Source: Octopus sinensis
Taxonomy: Eukaryota
Direction: 5' to 3'
DNA: 64,000 nucleotides
NCBI RefSeq assembly: GCF_006345805.1
Contig: NC_042999.1
Coordinates: 139,562,001-139,626,000, forward strand
The number at the start of each line of letters is the position of its first letter. Positions within the stretch are counted from its first letter, which is position 1. Position numbers and translations under genes: made by a program. Of this stretch, positions 38,022-52,032 are shown piece by piece. The notes beneath the pieces were generated by a model, which worked only from the letters and a program-made list of their open reading frames with translations, was not told where the DNA came from and ran no database searches.

Positions 38022-40100
38022 TCAAGTAAGGCCATCTGTTTTATATAAACCTGTATTTTTGACATTGGTAACTTGTGTTGATGATAATGGTAATGTGTCC
38101 CCTTCTGCTGTAAAAAGTCCTACAGGATAGACACCTTCATTGCTACCACAAATCACATTGTTGTCAATTAACTGAGTTGTTGTTGTTCGATTTATTGGCT
38201 TAGAAGAGTCTTCTTTTATGAGTCTAGATTGAGAACACAGTTTTTCTTCACTATATGACACAGGAGATAAGTCAGAAACTGAAGAACTTTCAAATACATT
38301 AGATTTTAATTTGGGTGATGTTCCATATATCTTATTTGCTGTTGCTTTGCTATTTGTGGTATCTGAAAATGGTAAGCTAAAATCTGTAGTGGATACAGCT
38401 ATAGAATTCAAAGGAGTGTTTAGTGCCCGAGAACTATCTGAAACTGAACTAGATGTTGAAGCTCTTTTATTCATTTGACCATATTCGTCATCATCAGGTC
38501 CTACAGGCTCGATTTTTACAGTGGGAAGAATAACAGAACCAACTGGAAAGTTGCCACCGTTAGTGTCCAGAGATGCAGCCTCAATCTTTTGCTCAAAGAG
38601 TCTAACTGTATCTTTTTTAAGTTCTGCTAATTCATTTTGAGAAACCTCCTGCTTAATATCCTTAGTAGGAACAGCTGAAACATTAGATGGCATCTGCTTG
38701 GTATCATCAAACGCAGTGACTGTTGAAGCAATTTGCTGACGTGCTCCACTCAGAAGATGAGCATCACACATATTTTGTAAGTCTTTCATGTCTAATTGTT
38801 TTGCAATGACTTTTAGCTGTTGTAAAATATTAAGATCAAGATCTAATAGTCCAGTATATATGTATTCAGCAAAAGCCATTAAAGTTTCTGTACTAACTAC
38901 TTCAGGAAATTTCACTTCATAAAACTGAGAAGAGATGTCTGTACTAATTACTGAGAACAGTTTTGGAGACACAGCAGACAAGACTATTTTATGGACCTGA
39001 AATATAGTAAATGATAACAGTATGTTTATAGCTTGCCAACAATACATTAATAGACACGTAAGAGTCATGTTCATAAAATAGAAAAATATAAGTTTGTTTT
39101 TCCAACTTTTACAAAAGCAATTGACTACCAAGTCACTGGAAGTCACTGGAAGTTGATTTTAAACTTCATTCATTTCAAAGAGTTATTTCATTAATACTTT
39201 AATTAAATCAACTCCATTTTCTTTTTCTGTAAAATATTCTATTGTATTTTAATGACTGAATCATAAAATTTTCTGATAATAATAAAACTCAATTGAATTC
39301 TATCTATAACTTCTGATAAGGGCATAAAAGATTTTATGACTAATTTATTATAACAGATTTATCTAAGAATTGCACCAGCAAGAAAATACAAATCAACTAG
39401 ACCTACCTTTAAGAAATATAGAGGGGAGTAGAATAAAGAATATTGTGATATTAAGCACATTAGAAATTAAGCATAATTGTTTAGACTTACAAGCAAAATT
39501 CTTTGCTTATCATGATGATGACATTAGAAATAGTCTATAGATGTGAAAAAGTTTACGACTGTATACTTACCATCACAGTAGATGAGCCATTGCTAATACT
39601 AGCATCACATAATTTCCTATTTCTCCACATAGATGCTAGGTTAGACATGACACAATGTTCGTGACTAGTAACTAGCAATTTTTGTTTCGGTAAATCTGTT
39701 TTTCTAATTATTGATTTAGATACAGTTGTTTGATTTGGATATTTCACCAGCTTTGATTTGGATGGAGTTATTTGAAATGGTGAAGTCAACACCTGAGCTG
39801 GTTTTGTAATATTTTGCGATGCTTGTGCTAAACTTGAATCTTGCTGGACTGGCATTTTAGTTGGATGTACACATTTTGAAATCTTTGGAGTTGATAAAGC
39901 ACTGTTCATTTGCCTAAAATGAAAATTTGTAATTAATTCAGAATATATAAAAGAAAAATAGTAACTCAATAGCATTGTCAAAATACCATTTTAGTCATCA
40001 CATACCATCTGTCATGTGATTGTTGATTTCTTAACATTCGATTCTCGTGTTGCTCCCCAAGGTGCTGTATTTCTTTCTTTTTTTCCTGTGTCATTTTCAT
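38022..40100 (-). CDS. Unit D: BTB/POZ paralog lacking the repeat exon (exons 40100-40006, 39913-39571, 38996-38022); possibly an N-truncated ~470-aa protein or a pseudogene
   Basis: The three remaining exons are open and in phase (1413 nt), and the linker exon begins ATG AAA ATG. Unit homology breaks at ~40950 and resumes at ~44082, skipping the repeat exon. Confidence 0.65.
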
Positions 40101-40949
40101 CTGAGTGTTGAGGAAGTGAGGCATGATCAAAGAAAGAAAGAAAAAGATAAAAGAATAAAAATTTCAGTTCAATGGAAATAATTTGGACTGTGATGAATGA
40201 ATAATTTAGGTTAATGAAAATGTCAATGATAACTGAAAATTCTTGTTTGTAAGACTAACAAATATTTGAATTGCCTCATTGAAACTTTCACTAAGAAAAA
40301 ATGAAATCTGTCAGTCACATAAGTATATGGCAAATCCACAAAAGCATTCAAAATCACCTGAACAAAGAATCTCTACTGAATCCTAAAACTGAAATGAGAA
40401 TGGAGCTGGATGTTATACTTATCCTATTCTGAAATCTGACATGATGGTAGCATGTTGTAATTTGACTTCAACATCAAATATATAGTAACTGCTGCCACAA
40501 TTCACACAAGACTTTCTCTGGTAGATTTTCTGCAGAAAATTTTTCAACGTTGTAATTCCTGATTGAGTTTACAATTGATTTAACAGTAGCTTCATTAAAT
40601 TTGTATTTTTATCATATACATTAATTCCAAAATTATACTCAATTTATAATGGATAGTGATCCCTCAACACTGTATAGTGTACATGATATTGTATTACAGG
40701 TGCATATTTTTGATAATACCAGATAATGAAGTACTGAGCACACTAAGTTACTTGGCTTGTCCACTGATGTTTATCAATTGCACAGCTCCTAACCCTGACA
40801 TGGAGATTCAAGGAAGCATACAAAGTATGACTGAGCCTTAATTCATGATTTTGTTGAGCTCATTCTTAATGAAAATTGTGGAGAGGCTGTAATACTAAAA
40901 GTTGACATCACAAGAAACTTCATATCATGAACCTTCTTAATACATTTAT

Positions 40950-43900
40950 CTATATCTATAAAACAGTCCTTGGATGAAAATTGTATGCACATTTTGCTTT
41001 GACGGTTAATGGCGGCCAAACCGAGGCTTGGATCAAGTTGAAACTTGGCAAGGATACTAAATGCATGGTGAGGATGAGACCTGTGATGGTTAAAATTCGC
41101 AAGCTATAAAGATGTGGTTGCTATGGCAAAAAGAGTGATTTTTTTATCGATTCAAGGGGGCTCAGAGCCCCTCTAGGTTTGTGCGATTGGCTTTAAATGC
41201 CCAGTGGCATGCACTGCAGGCTGTTGTGCTTAATAAACATACATTTTGTCACAAAATTCCGGCTACTAGGAAACAATTTTTCATTGTGAAAAAATGATTG
41301 CTTTTTGCCCTCATTTTCTTTTTAATTTCTTACTACTTACATTGTTGGCATTTTCAGAAAAAAAAATTACATCTACATGTAGCCCTTCAGAAGGGCTATC
41401 ATGCACATTTTTCTCCTTTCTTGCAATATCCAATGGCAATTTGAAGGCTGAATGTGCTGTTTTACAGCCATGCAACAAAGTCACTGCAATTCCGCTTGAT
41501 GCAGCTGCCAAAGCGATTCTCCTGTCTTTTCGCAGTTTTGCAAGTAGAAGGTTGATGACAAATGTTTTGCCTGTGCCACCCGGAGCATCCAAAAAGAAAA
41601 GTGTACCTTCATTTGAAATGACACTGGAAAAATTCTGTTGTACGCGAATTGCTGTTCAATCAAATGTTTGGATTCATTTCGAGCCAACATTTTGGTTAAT
41701 TCTTTAAGGTTGTAGTACAATTCCGTGATGTATTCTGAATCTAAAATGCCATCTCTGTAGACAGGGTTTGGAATACCGAAATGAGATACATCGTCGAATC
41801 CAGCAGCTCAGAGACGCCTATCGATATAAAGGAGCGCCTTGTTGTAGATTTCATTGTTGTATTCTCTTGCGTGTAGTCTTCACAAGATGTCCTCCGACAT
41901 GCTGTTTTTGTGCGTTTCCCACAGCTGTAGGGGTTCGCTTACATTGCAGAATCGCAGCATACTGCAGAACAATCACCGCATCTCCGTCATGCTCCATTGC
42001 ATCGTGAAGCTGTGTGTATTCAGCAGCTCAGAGCTCCTTTGGTGAGTGCAGATGTAGAACAGACGTTTGGATTCAATTTTGGCATACATGTCAACAAAGA
42101 ACTGATTAGTGACATCTTTGAACCGTAGCAGCTTGTTGAAATCGTTATCCCGAACCATCATTCGGTAGGCATAAAATGCCTTGCAAGAAACTTTTTTGCA
42201 CAGGAACTCAAGTTGTTGGGTGTATCTGTTGTATGTGGAAGTGGTAGCCGTCGTCACCACGCAGAAACAAGAGTGAATACTGAAGACAGTTGTAGGAGCG
42301 GTGGGTTTTGGAGACAAATGACAATCGGTTACTTCGGTGTTGGAGAACAATGTCGCGGGTGCTGTGTTCTTTGTCAACCATGATGGCTGCAATTTCGCTG
42401 GTCGTCGAAGCGTTGAACCTTCGAGGATGTTCGCCGGTGGTGTTTTGTCAGCTCGGATGACCAGTTTCATTTCAGGTCTGGAGTCCAAAAATTCAGTAGC
42501 AACTTTCAGATCGTGGACATATGGATGGGTTTCATGAAGCATTGTTTGAAGTTCTTCAATGACGCTGCCATTAATGGACGCATTTCTGCTGCATCTAAGG
42601 GATAGTTCTTCTTCATTTCTGCCCATGAAGACTTGCATAAATCTCGGCTCCTCTCCTTGCTGTGGTCGAAGTTTCCAATCAAGTGGTAACACTGGCCTTG
42701 AATTTTTTAATTGTAAAGTTTTTCTCTGGGCCTGGTTTGATCAGTTCGAGAAGTGCCAGCGACATCTGTATTGTCGATGTTTGTTCTAGCATTTTGTCCA
42801 TCCCTAATACCGAAAGACGTCATCGCGAAGCAGGAATTGTACTTCTACAAATTCTTGCGAAATAATTTCCCGTGGTCTGAGTTACCGGTGAGAAGATCAC
42901 AGAGTAATTGAGGAGGCTCAGCCAGTGGCTCAAGATTAACTTTGGTCCCGGAACAGCAAAGGCCCGGAGTCTCACATTTCCACTTTTTGGCTCCACAGAA
43001 GTTGCACGCTTTGTCCATCTTTCCGATAGACACATCAGCTCGACTGGCGTAGTCATAGGCAGGGTCGTAGTTGAAGGCAACCGAGGAAACGAACTGTTGA
43101 CCAGGAGAATTATAATTCATTTTAATAAAAGCATCAATTTAAAAAAAAAATAAAGTAGTAACAAATGAAAATTTAGCACAAAAAATGTGGAGGCTTCTAA
43201 ATAAATGTTCAAATGTAAAAGATACAAATATAGACGGCGAATTAAAATAAAGCACAGTTCAGATATAATAAACGTGCATTAAAAATTGAAATTGTTGTAG
43301 GTTAAGTAATACAGGAACCGGAAAAAGATTGTTCAAATAATCGACCCATGAAATTTGTAGTGTGTTGATTGGGTAAATCGTTTTAGAAAATATTTAATGA
43401 AATATTTATTTAAAAAATTTTAATTCAAAAAACGTACATGATAAGCACAAAGCAAATGCTTGATGGCGGGTTCTCTTTTTATTTGCTCCATCGGCGAGTT
43501 TTGGGCGGTTGAGGATTCCAAGGAGTGAGCCTTCATGGAGAAAAGGTGGAAAAAAGCAATGTGCTTAAAAAATTATTAAAGATAGGGGTGTATCTAGTCA
43601 GTTTTTCTCAGTAAATTTCAAAAGAACGAAGAGCTCATTAAAATTTAATGTATAAAATATGAATACATTTTGTTTTTGTAATTGGCAGTTAAAGCATAGA
43701 AAAAATGTGCTTTAAGTATAGCTTAGAAAAATGGAGAAAAAATAGTGAATGATGGATTATTTTAATGATTTTAATGTTGTCAGTAAAGTAAAATGTAAAA
43801 AAATAAATTTTAAAAAAAGGAATCTGATCACCAGAACGTGAGCGAATAGCCCATATCAGAAGTATTTTTCTTTTGGGTAAAAAGGCTATTTATTAATCAA

Positions 43901-44080
43901 AAAATTACCCGAGCATGTGCCTTCCTCTTTCGCAATTTCCTCATTCTAGCTCGGTGGTTTGATAAGTTGGAGCGCTTACGCATAGGCATATTGAAAAGCA
44001 AATCTGAAAAATAAAATAAATATTTTGAAACCAAAAGATGATTTGGTTTACAATGAGAAAAGGAATAAAATAGTTGAGAA
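40950..44080 (-). mobile_element. Internally deleted Helitron (Rep-helicase fragments) occupying the position of unit D's repeat exon
   Basis: Fragments AFNYDP...CNFCGAKKWKCETPGLCCSG (43090-42845), Rep region YAYRMMVRDNDFN...QFFVDMYAKIES (42692-41973), and PIF1 Walker A LDAPGGTGKTF...AASSGIA...TAHSAFKLP (41592-41420). Confidence 0.88.
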
Positions 44081-44107
44081 GGGATTCAAAATCTGGACTT
44101 CGGAATG

Positions 44108-44147
<40 letters not shown>

Positions 44148-44148
<1 letters not shown>

Positions 44149-46154
44149 TAGCTTAAGGTGACCCGCTCTATGCGCGGGTAAGAGTGTGGTTGTTACTTTC
44201 TGTTGCCCTCCTTTCAGCACGTAAAAAGCACCATCCGAACGTGGCCGATTGCAGCGCCGCCTTGACTGGCTTCTGTGCCGGTGGCATGTAAAAAGCACCA
44301 ACCGATCGTGCCGGCGGCACGAAAAAAGCACCCACTACACTCACAGAGTGGTTGGCATTAGGAATGGCATCCACCTGTAGAAACACTGCCAGATCAGACT
44401 GGAGCCTGGTGCAGCCTCCTGGCTTCCCAGACCCTGGTCAAACTGTCCAACCCGTGCTAGCACGGAAAACGGACGTTAAACGATGATGATGATGATGATG
44501 ATTCTCCCTCTTTGTTTCTCTCTCACTTTTCCACTCTCTTACTTTTCTTTTCTCTCGGACTCTCCCTCGCTTTCTCTTACTCTGTATCTTTATCTATCTC
44601 TCTCCCATTTATAAACAACAAAAGATCTTGAGTAAGTTGAGAAATAAAATATTTTGAAAGACCAATCATAAATATCAGGCAGTGACAACGGAAAGGTCTG
44701 CTTCAAGGCAGACAGCAAAACACTAACATTTAAAAGGGACAGACGAACTTGCGAGCTGAATAAAAATAATAAAATATTGGAAACCAAAGTTTGAAGGGAT
44801 AGAATCTGAGGATAGTAGAGTCACCATGGCTGGCATTTCTTAACGACAGACAGCAACGTATTGACAGTTTAATGGCTGGCGTAAAATTTTGAACTTGATG
44901 TAAAAGAAAATTCCTAAACACCAAGTTTTGAAGTGATTCTTTCTCACGACAATAGACTCACCATGGCAAGCATTCAAAACTTCTTCATCATGGACAGCAA
45001 CACATTGACGATTAAAAGGCTGGCGCAAATTTTTTAGCCTGATGTAATAGAGAATTCCTAAACACCCGCTCCTTTAAATTTTAATCCCCTTCCAGCCCCA
45101 TTTAGACCCCTTTTCACATTTTGGTTAATATAACCCGATTTCATTCGGGTCTACTGGGGCCACATTTTATAAGATGAGGAATTTTGTCCTAGAGGTCACG
45201 CCTTTCATTTGAGGAAAAAAATAGTTGTCATGCAAGCTTGCCACCACTTTTAACATAGGTGTGCATATTTTCAGCTCAACCGACCACATAATGCACACAT
45301 TATATATATATATATACGTATGTGTGTGGTGTGTGTGTGTGTATGTGTGTGTGTGCACGCATTATATATACAAATGTGTACAAATTATATATATATATGT
45401 ATAAATTAAATTAGAGATAAAACCACTAATAGGCAAATCAAACAGTGAAAAACATAAACCAAAACATAAAAATAAAAAATATAATATACAAAATATATAA
45501 AATATAAAATTGAAAAATTTAAATTATTTAAATATAAAATAAAAATTATTAATTTATATTTATAATTTTTTAAAAAATATATATAACTATCAAAAAGTAT
45601 GAAAAAGTTTAATATACATAAATACAGATACACACACACATATAGAAATTAACCCAATAAATATCTGATTCATAATATTTGTTCTCATGATTGTGTGGTG
45701 GTGATGGTGGTGACGATGATAATTCTCTCTATGAATGCAGACAGACGTAGAGAGAGAGAGTGTGTGAAAGCGCTGTCGAAGGCGGGGAGGGGGGAGATAT
45801 AGAACGCCATGACACGACGTTATAAAGAGAAAGTGAAGGTAAGGGAGTTAGACGCCGTGAAGCGACGTTATATATAGAAAGTGATGGGAAGGGAGGAAAG
45901 AGAGTGGGTGACGGAGGAAGACAAATACATAAAAGAATGAGAGTAGACTTGTCAAAGTGAGTTTTTGGCCCTAACAACGACACCTTTTAAGATGGGGATT
46001 TCTAACCTAGCCCACTAATATCCTCACCTCATTTTACATGTCCCTGTAAAATTTGGAGTCAATCTGACGGGATCTAGTGGCCTTTAACCCGTTCTCAATG
46101 CCAAAACCAGACAAACAAACAAACTTTTCGCATTTCAGATTTATAATATAGAGA
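44148..46154 (-). mobile_element. Non-autonomous Helitron in the intron-1 (TA)n run of unit D, with a nested RTE-type SINE (~44215-44500)
   Basis: Minus-strand 3' hairpin acccgc-gcataga-gcgggt followed by ...aagCTAG|t; 5' end a|TCtctatattataa; flanks rejoin the unit consensus. Confidence 0.8.
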
Positions 46155-47517
46155 TATGATGAAGCTTCTTTGCTGGAGTCAACATGAGAAAATAGTAAAA
46201 TATAGTTTCAAACCCTGCCAAAATCAACCCATACCATTTTAGTAATGAGTTCAATTCGAAATTTATGATTTTGTATCAAACTTGACTACCCGTGACCCAT
46301 TGGGTCACCTGGAAGAGTGTTTCTTCTTTTCCAGTTTATTTCGCATGCGTTCAACGAAAGTGACATCATGCGTAACAGGCTCTTTTCCCCCCAGAAAAGG
46401 AAAGATTTGGCTGCTACATCTTGCATGCCCTGCCACCACGTAACAGGTATTTCGGGTCCTTTGTCGCAAATAGCAGGGCGTGCTAGAAATAGAAGCCAAA
46501 TCTTTGGCGCTGAGATACGTTGAATACACTCGGAAAAATATTAGTAATTGTATTCCCTTGGAGTGATCTTTCTAAGAACTGTCATCCAGATCAACTAGTT
46601 TTGTTCGTTAATTTCCGTAAGAAAAGCTAAAAATATTTTTACTCCGCAGGGGAAAAGGGGGGTTTCTGTAGAAAAAAAAACCGAAAGGGGGTGCGGTCCA
46701 TGTCCTTTACTTCCGCCCATTTTTGAAATCACATTGAGTTAAGTATTTTTAAATGATTAAAATATTGTGTATGTCAAAGAGTCGAAATTTTCTTCTTTTT
46801 TGTTGTTGTTGTTCTTAGAGAGTACGAACGCTGCGTGTGTATATGTCACAGGTGGCGGACGTGTGTTCGTGTTGCTTTGACACATGACATTCATTATATG
46901 TGTGTGTATTCAATGAGCGTAGTCGTCACGTAAGCCATATTTTTTTGATTTGTTTTGTTTTTCAAAAACAGAAATTGTTCTAACGTCTTCTTTAATAAAT
47001 AAAGGTCCTGATATTTATCAGGAAAACTTGTACTGCACTGCAGAAGGTAAGTATGAAAATAAATATGAAAAAAGTAAAAAATAGGATAAAATATACTATT
47101 TCTGAGATATTTCGGGTACACACAAACATCTCTAGAGTTTTAGTATTATTAAGATGAAGAAATATCAATTTTTTTATTTACCACAAAGACAGTTGGATAT
47201 TTTTACGATATTTCATTTTAGATGTATTCGTTAGTTAAGGAATTCAAGTTCTGAATTCGCTGTTTTTCTAGATTTTCTATGCATTATATTTAATTAAGAT
47301 ATAGCATCACATATATGTAGAAGATAGTTACATGGTACAAATATTATTTACTAAAGCACGGCAGGCATGATTGACCATTCATCGCAAAAAAAGACAATAG
47401 GGTAACTAGGATGAAACAAAAGAATTATAATATTTAAGATGTGAAAATAATAGAACCACATTAGACGATTTTCGAGTATTTCATAATAGCAAAGTGATGG
47501 AAACAAATTAAACTTAC

Positions 47518-47582
47518 CCGAGAAGGTCCAACAGTAGGTGAAATGAGCGTTTCTAGATCCTCCAGGTTCGATAACTCTCTTA
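47518..47582 (-). promoter_or_regulatory. Putative non-coding first exon of unit D
   Basis: Conserved block with donor CGG|gtaagt. Confidence 0.45.
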
Positions 47583-47659
47583 ACTTTTATTTTTTTCTTC
47601 AACGCAGAATCTTTTTTTTATTATATTGTTGTTTTATTATATTAGTGCACAATCAACAG

Positions 47660-49480
47660 TGAACCATGGGAGGGGCAGTGTTGCACCCGCACTCCTCTCC
47701 AGGCTGCTGAGTGTCGGTTGTCGTAGATGCAGACTGGTGATTGAGCAGTTCGGAGAATTGGTCCTGCCATCGGCCCAGCTGGTCACTGAGGTTGGTAATG
47801 ACCGCGCCGTTCCAATCATGGATCGTCTCACTGACACCCGGATTGCTTCGCCTGGCCTGCTTCACCAGTTGGTAAAGCTTGCATGCTCTCTCAGTCTGCT
47901 CCACAAATACATGCCAGTGTGCATTTAGATCGGTCCGGATGGCCTAGGAGGCTTGATGTTGTAGATCCCAGAGTTTTGGAGCCCCCTCGAGCCGAGCCTC
48001 CTTGCCCTCTCCACGAGTTCAAGAGTGTCGCCGGAGATCCAGTCCCTATGACGGCGGTGAGTAGACCCGGGGTGTTTTCGGGCCACCTCAACTGTCGCCT
48101 CCTTCAGTGCACACCACTCCTGCTCCAGCCGCTGTTCCACTACATCACCAAGCAACTGGAATCGGTTCTGCAGCTCCAACTGGAAACCATTGCCAGCATC
48201 AAGTTTGAGTTGCAAGATGTCGATTCTCTTGTTGCGGTTAGGAGGAGGTTTCGCCTGCAGCCAACAACAATAAGTTGCCCAAACAAGAGTATGGTCTGAC
48301 CCATGCTTGCTGCCCGTATCAGCCCTGCGATACACACGAGAGTCCCCCACTGAGATAGCCCAGCGGGACCCGACCAGTATGTAGTCGATTTGATTGGCTG
48401 TTCTCCCGTCATTGGACCGTCAAGTGACGAGATGGCGCGGAGGATGTTGAAACCGGGTGTTGGTAATGATGAGACGATTGGCATCTGTGAAGGTTACGAG
48501 GCATTCACCATTGTCACAGCGTACACCTAGGGCACGGTGTCCTAGTATATGCCACGTTGTATCATCAGCCGGCCTTGTTCGTGCATTCCAGTCCCCAGTG
48601 ACAATGAGAACATCACTGGATGGGATACCATCCACTGCAGCCTGGAGATTGGCGTAGAACTGCACCTTGTCCGCATCGTCTGCACTCAGAGTGGGCGCAT
48701 AGACAGCAATCACACTGACATTGGAGATTTGATCCCTCAACCAAACCAGCGTGAGTCGGTGTGAGATCAGTTGCCACACCAGCAGAGCTGCTTGCACGTC
48801 AGGGCTGAGCCCCACAGCGATCCCATGAAGACCGCTGTTGTCGATCACGCCACTATGATACAGGTGATAACTGACATCCTCGCCCGGCACCCTGATAGGT
48901 AGAAGGCCAACATCAGCAAGTCAGACCTCTAAAAGGCAAGCAACATTCACACAGTACTTGTACAAAGCCTTCATTGATAGCACCTGGACACCGTCACCAC
49001 GAAGGGCTTTGATGTTCCAGCATGCTACCTTCAGTTTTGTCCTACGTTTAAGGAGTAGGACTACTCCAGGAGTAGTTTGAAGAGCCATAGAAGTTTGAGG
49101 GTTGTTGATTGGTTGCAAGTTTGTAGTAGGTAGATAATTTGTATTCGTATTCATTGCCATGGTTGTAGTAGGATTTATAGAAGTTTTGTGGGAATATTGA
49201 ATTCACAAGCGGTCCCTGACATCTTGTATGCATATCCCGAGTGATGGGACACCCTGTTTGCTGCAGAGTCTCAACAGATGCAGGGACAGAATGACCTCGA
49301 AGCTGCCGGTTGTCAATCAGACGCCTCTTGGAATTTTCACCAGAGACCCATTGGCCAGACTGCGGCCCTAATACCGCTCGGTGCCAGACTAATCAAAGTT
49401 CCCGACAGCATAGCTCTGACACTGCCCGTTTACACCACCCTACTGCTTTGAGGAGGGGTTGGACTTTAGGGTAGAGAGTC
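47660..49480 (-). mobile_element. APE-type LINE (RTE-like) 5' portion: 5' UTR, AP endonuclease and linker
   Basis: KVACWNIK, VACLLEV, VIAVYAPT, VTGDWNART, QIDYIL, GSDHTLV; GC-rich; frameshifted. Confidence 0.88.
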
Positions 49481-49499
49481 TGACATTGACTAAGCATTC

Positions 49500-50270
49500 G
49501 AGTCTCTCAAAGATTAATTTGTTGAAGCATTGGAGGCACGGTGGGAATCAGTAAGATGAGCTGACTTTGAGTAAATATAGAAAGCTTAGGGATTGAGAAG
49601 TAATTCCTAAGTATGAAAAAATATTGATGGGATTCGATAGCTTCAATATTTTTCAGCAATTGCTCAAGGACAGCCACCTTCGACTGGAAGATTGACTCAA
49701 AGGCAAGGTCAGTGATTAGAATTCCTAGGGAGCACCAAGCCAATGGGGCAGGGACTGCAATGGAAGGGAAGGACTCTGCAAAATGGTGAATAGTTGGTTG
49801 ATGTTTGAGAAGCAGGGTGGTTGAGGATCCAGAACTCAGATTTGGAGATATTTACTTGGAGATCCCAGTGACCAAGCTCCCCAACCGTCATGTTAGCAAT
49901 GGCAAAAACCCTGTCAGGAGGTCCCCCAGACAAGCATTGTCAAGATACCAGATGTTGAAGTCTAGCATGATCCCCATCAAGGTGATGTCATCAATGCCCA
50001 GTGCAAACAGAGTGGGCTTGATTGGGTCACCCTGTTAAACTCCTGAGGTGGGGGTGATGATATGGTCACCAAAAGAGAGATAGGAGGGCTCCCAATAAGC
50101 TGCCATGCAAAGCAGTAGAGTTGTGGGATCTTCTCACTCACTGAGCTAAGGACAGCATCGCGGCTAATGGAGTTGAAGGCATTCTTAAGGTCAAGTTTGA
50201 GGATGACCTTGAGTGACAAGGAGGGCAAGGTGACAGAGACCGATCGTAAGCACACCTTTGCAGTAGAAGG
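49500..50270 (-). mobile_element. CRE-like reverse transcriptase fragment
   Basis: ILKLDLKNAFNSISRDAVL, QGDPIKPTLFALGIDDI, a WYLD-like motif and YFSIPKL; decayed. Confidence 0.7.
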
Positions 50271-52032
50271 CAAAGGGTGCAGGGCTCCATTGGGTTTAGT
50301 GAGCCCAAATAATTTTACACCAAAGATTATTGAGCAGATATAGGGGAGGACATTCACTAATGTTGTAAATTCTAAGCATTAGAAGGGTCAGTGTTAGGAA
50401 CGACATCCAGCCATAGAGACCAACCCAAAACCGATTATTCAACATCCCCAGGCCTTACCAGTTCTTGTCAAGCCATCCCACCCATGTTAGCATGGACAAC
50501 AGGCATTAAATAACAATGATGATGATGATGGTGGTGATCTTTTTGTATATTAAAATAAACAATTTAATACAAATTTATATTGATATATTCATTTTCATGT
50601 AAATTTATATCAAATAAAAAATATCTTCAGTGCCATTTATACATAAGGCTATCTTACCAGATAGTGGCTCTCATCCTAATGTTCTTCATAATACATCTTA
50701 TATATAAATATGATGATATTTTTTTAACACAGATTGCCATTTGTCAAAATGTGTATTATACCATACAAATAAGAAGATATTTTTTAGAACACTTATAAAA
50801 AACAAATGTTAATTATCCTTGACAAAGATAAAGAAATTGACCAAGTTTTTAGCGATACTCCTATTGATGATTGCCCATTTACAGAGACAGAGTATGTGAG
50901 AGCATAGACATTCTAGAAGACTGGTGAGAGCTGTGGTAAAGATGGAGTAGTTCTTAGAGTACTGGACTATGCTTTAGTCGACAGCATTATATTAAGTTAC
51001 CTCAAAAGCAGAGAGGGATCTATTTCAGTTCCATTCTTAGCAAGAACTGTAACAGGATGTATGTCTACCATTTTCAGCCTGTTAAAACCTCTACTAGGGT
51101 CTCACAGAACAAATTTCAAGAGAAACAGACAGCCATAAACACATTTTGGTTCTGAGCAGGATCATCAAACAAGTGAGGAACAGAAAGCTCCCAATAATCA
51201 TAAGTTTCATTGGTGTTAAGAAAATATTTCTTACACTTCATTGAGAACTTGTCTGCATTCTGAAAAGGTATGACAATCCTAAGAATCTAGCGCAAGCGAC
51301 CAAGTCATGCATGAAGGCTCAAGTGAAGATCAACTTGCTCGACAGTGAAATGAATGTCTCCAACATCTACACCGCTTATGCAGCAGCGAGATAGTCATGT
51401 TCCCTCCCTCTCTATTAATCAAAGATATTGAAAATTATGTAGAGAAGCACTGAGGTCACGCTGCAGTCAAGAAATGGAATTCATTATGAGTCAGATATTA
51501 GTTGTTAATCTTGGTTGTGTCTACATCTCACTTGTCTTAAATACTGCTGAGCAAGCTTGTAAAATCCCACATGCGGTTAATACAAAATACATAAAAGTAT
51601 AACTATTCTTAAAGAAAACAACTGATCTGAACTTCAAACACCAATGACACAGTCATGAGTAAAAGCGATGGAGAAGCCTTCCAGGTAGCAAAGGATTCCA
51701 ATTCTACAGCGCTTAGATCTCATCTTTGTTTGGCGACTTCAAGGCAGCAGCACTGCTACCACCACTGTTATTGTTAAATCACCCAACTCCTAGTAGTACA
51801 AAGGTAATAAATGAGGATAACAACAGGTTACATCTAGCAGCAGTAGTCAACAAACAAGTTTATGTAGACAATATTGAAATTTATCAACAATTTATCGCAA
51901 GACTGAAAACTCTTCTGTATTTTTCATTAGAAAATAAAACAAGGCAGGTATTTCAAAGATTATTTATTACAAAATTAAAGCTCAATTTATCAGTCTGTAT
52001 GTGTATGTGTGTACTGAAAACTATTTCTGATA

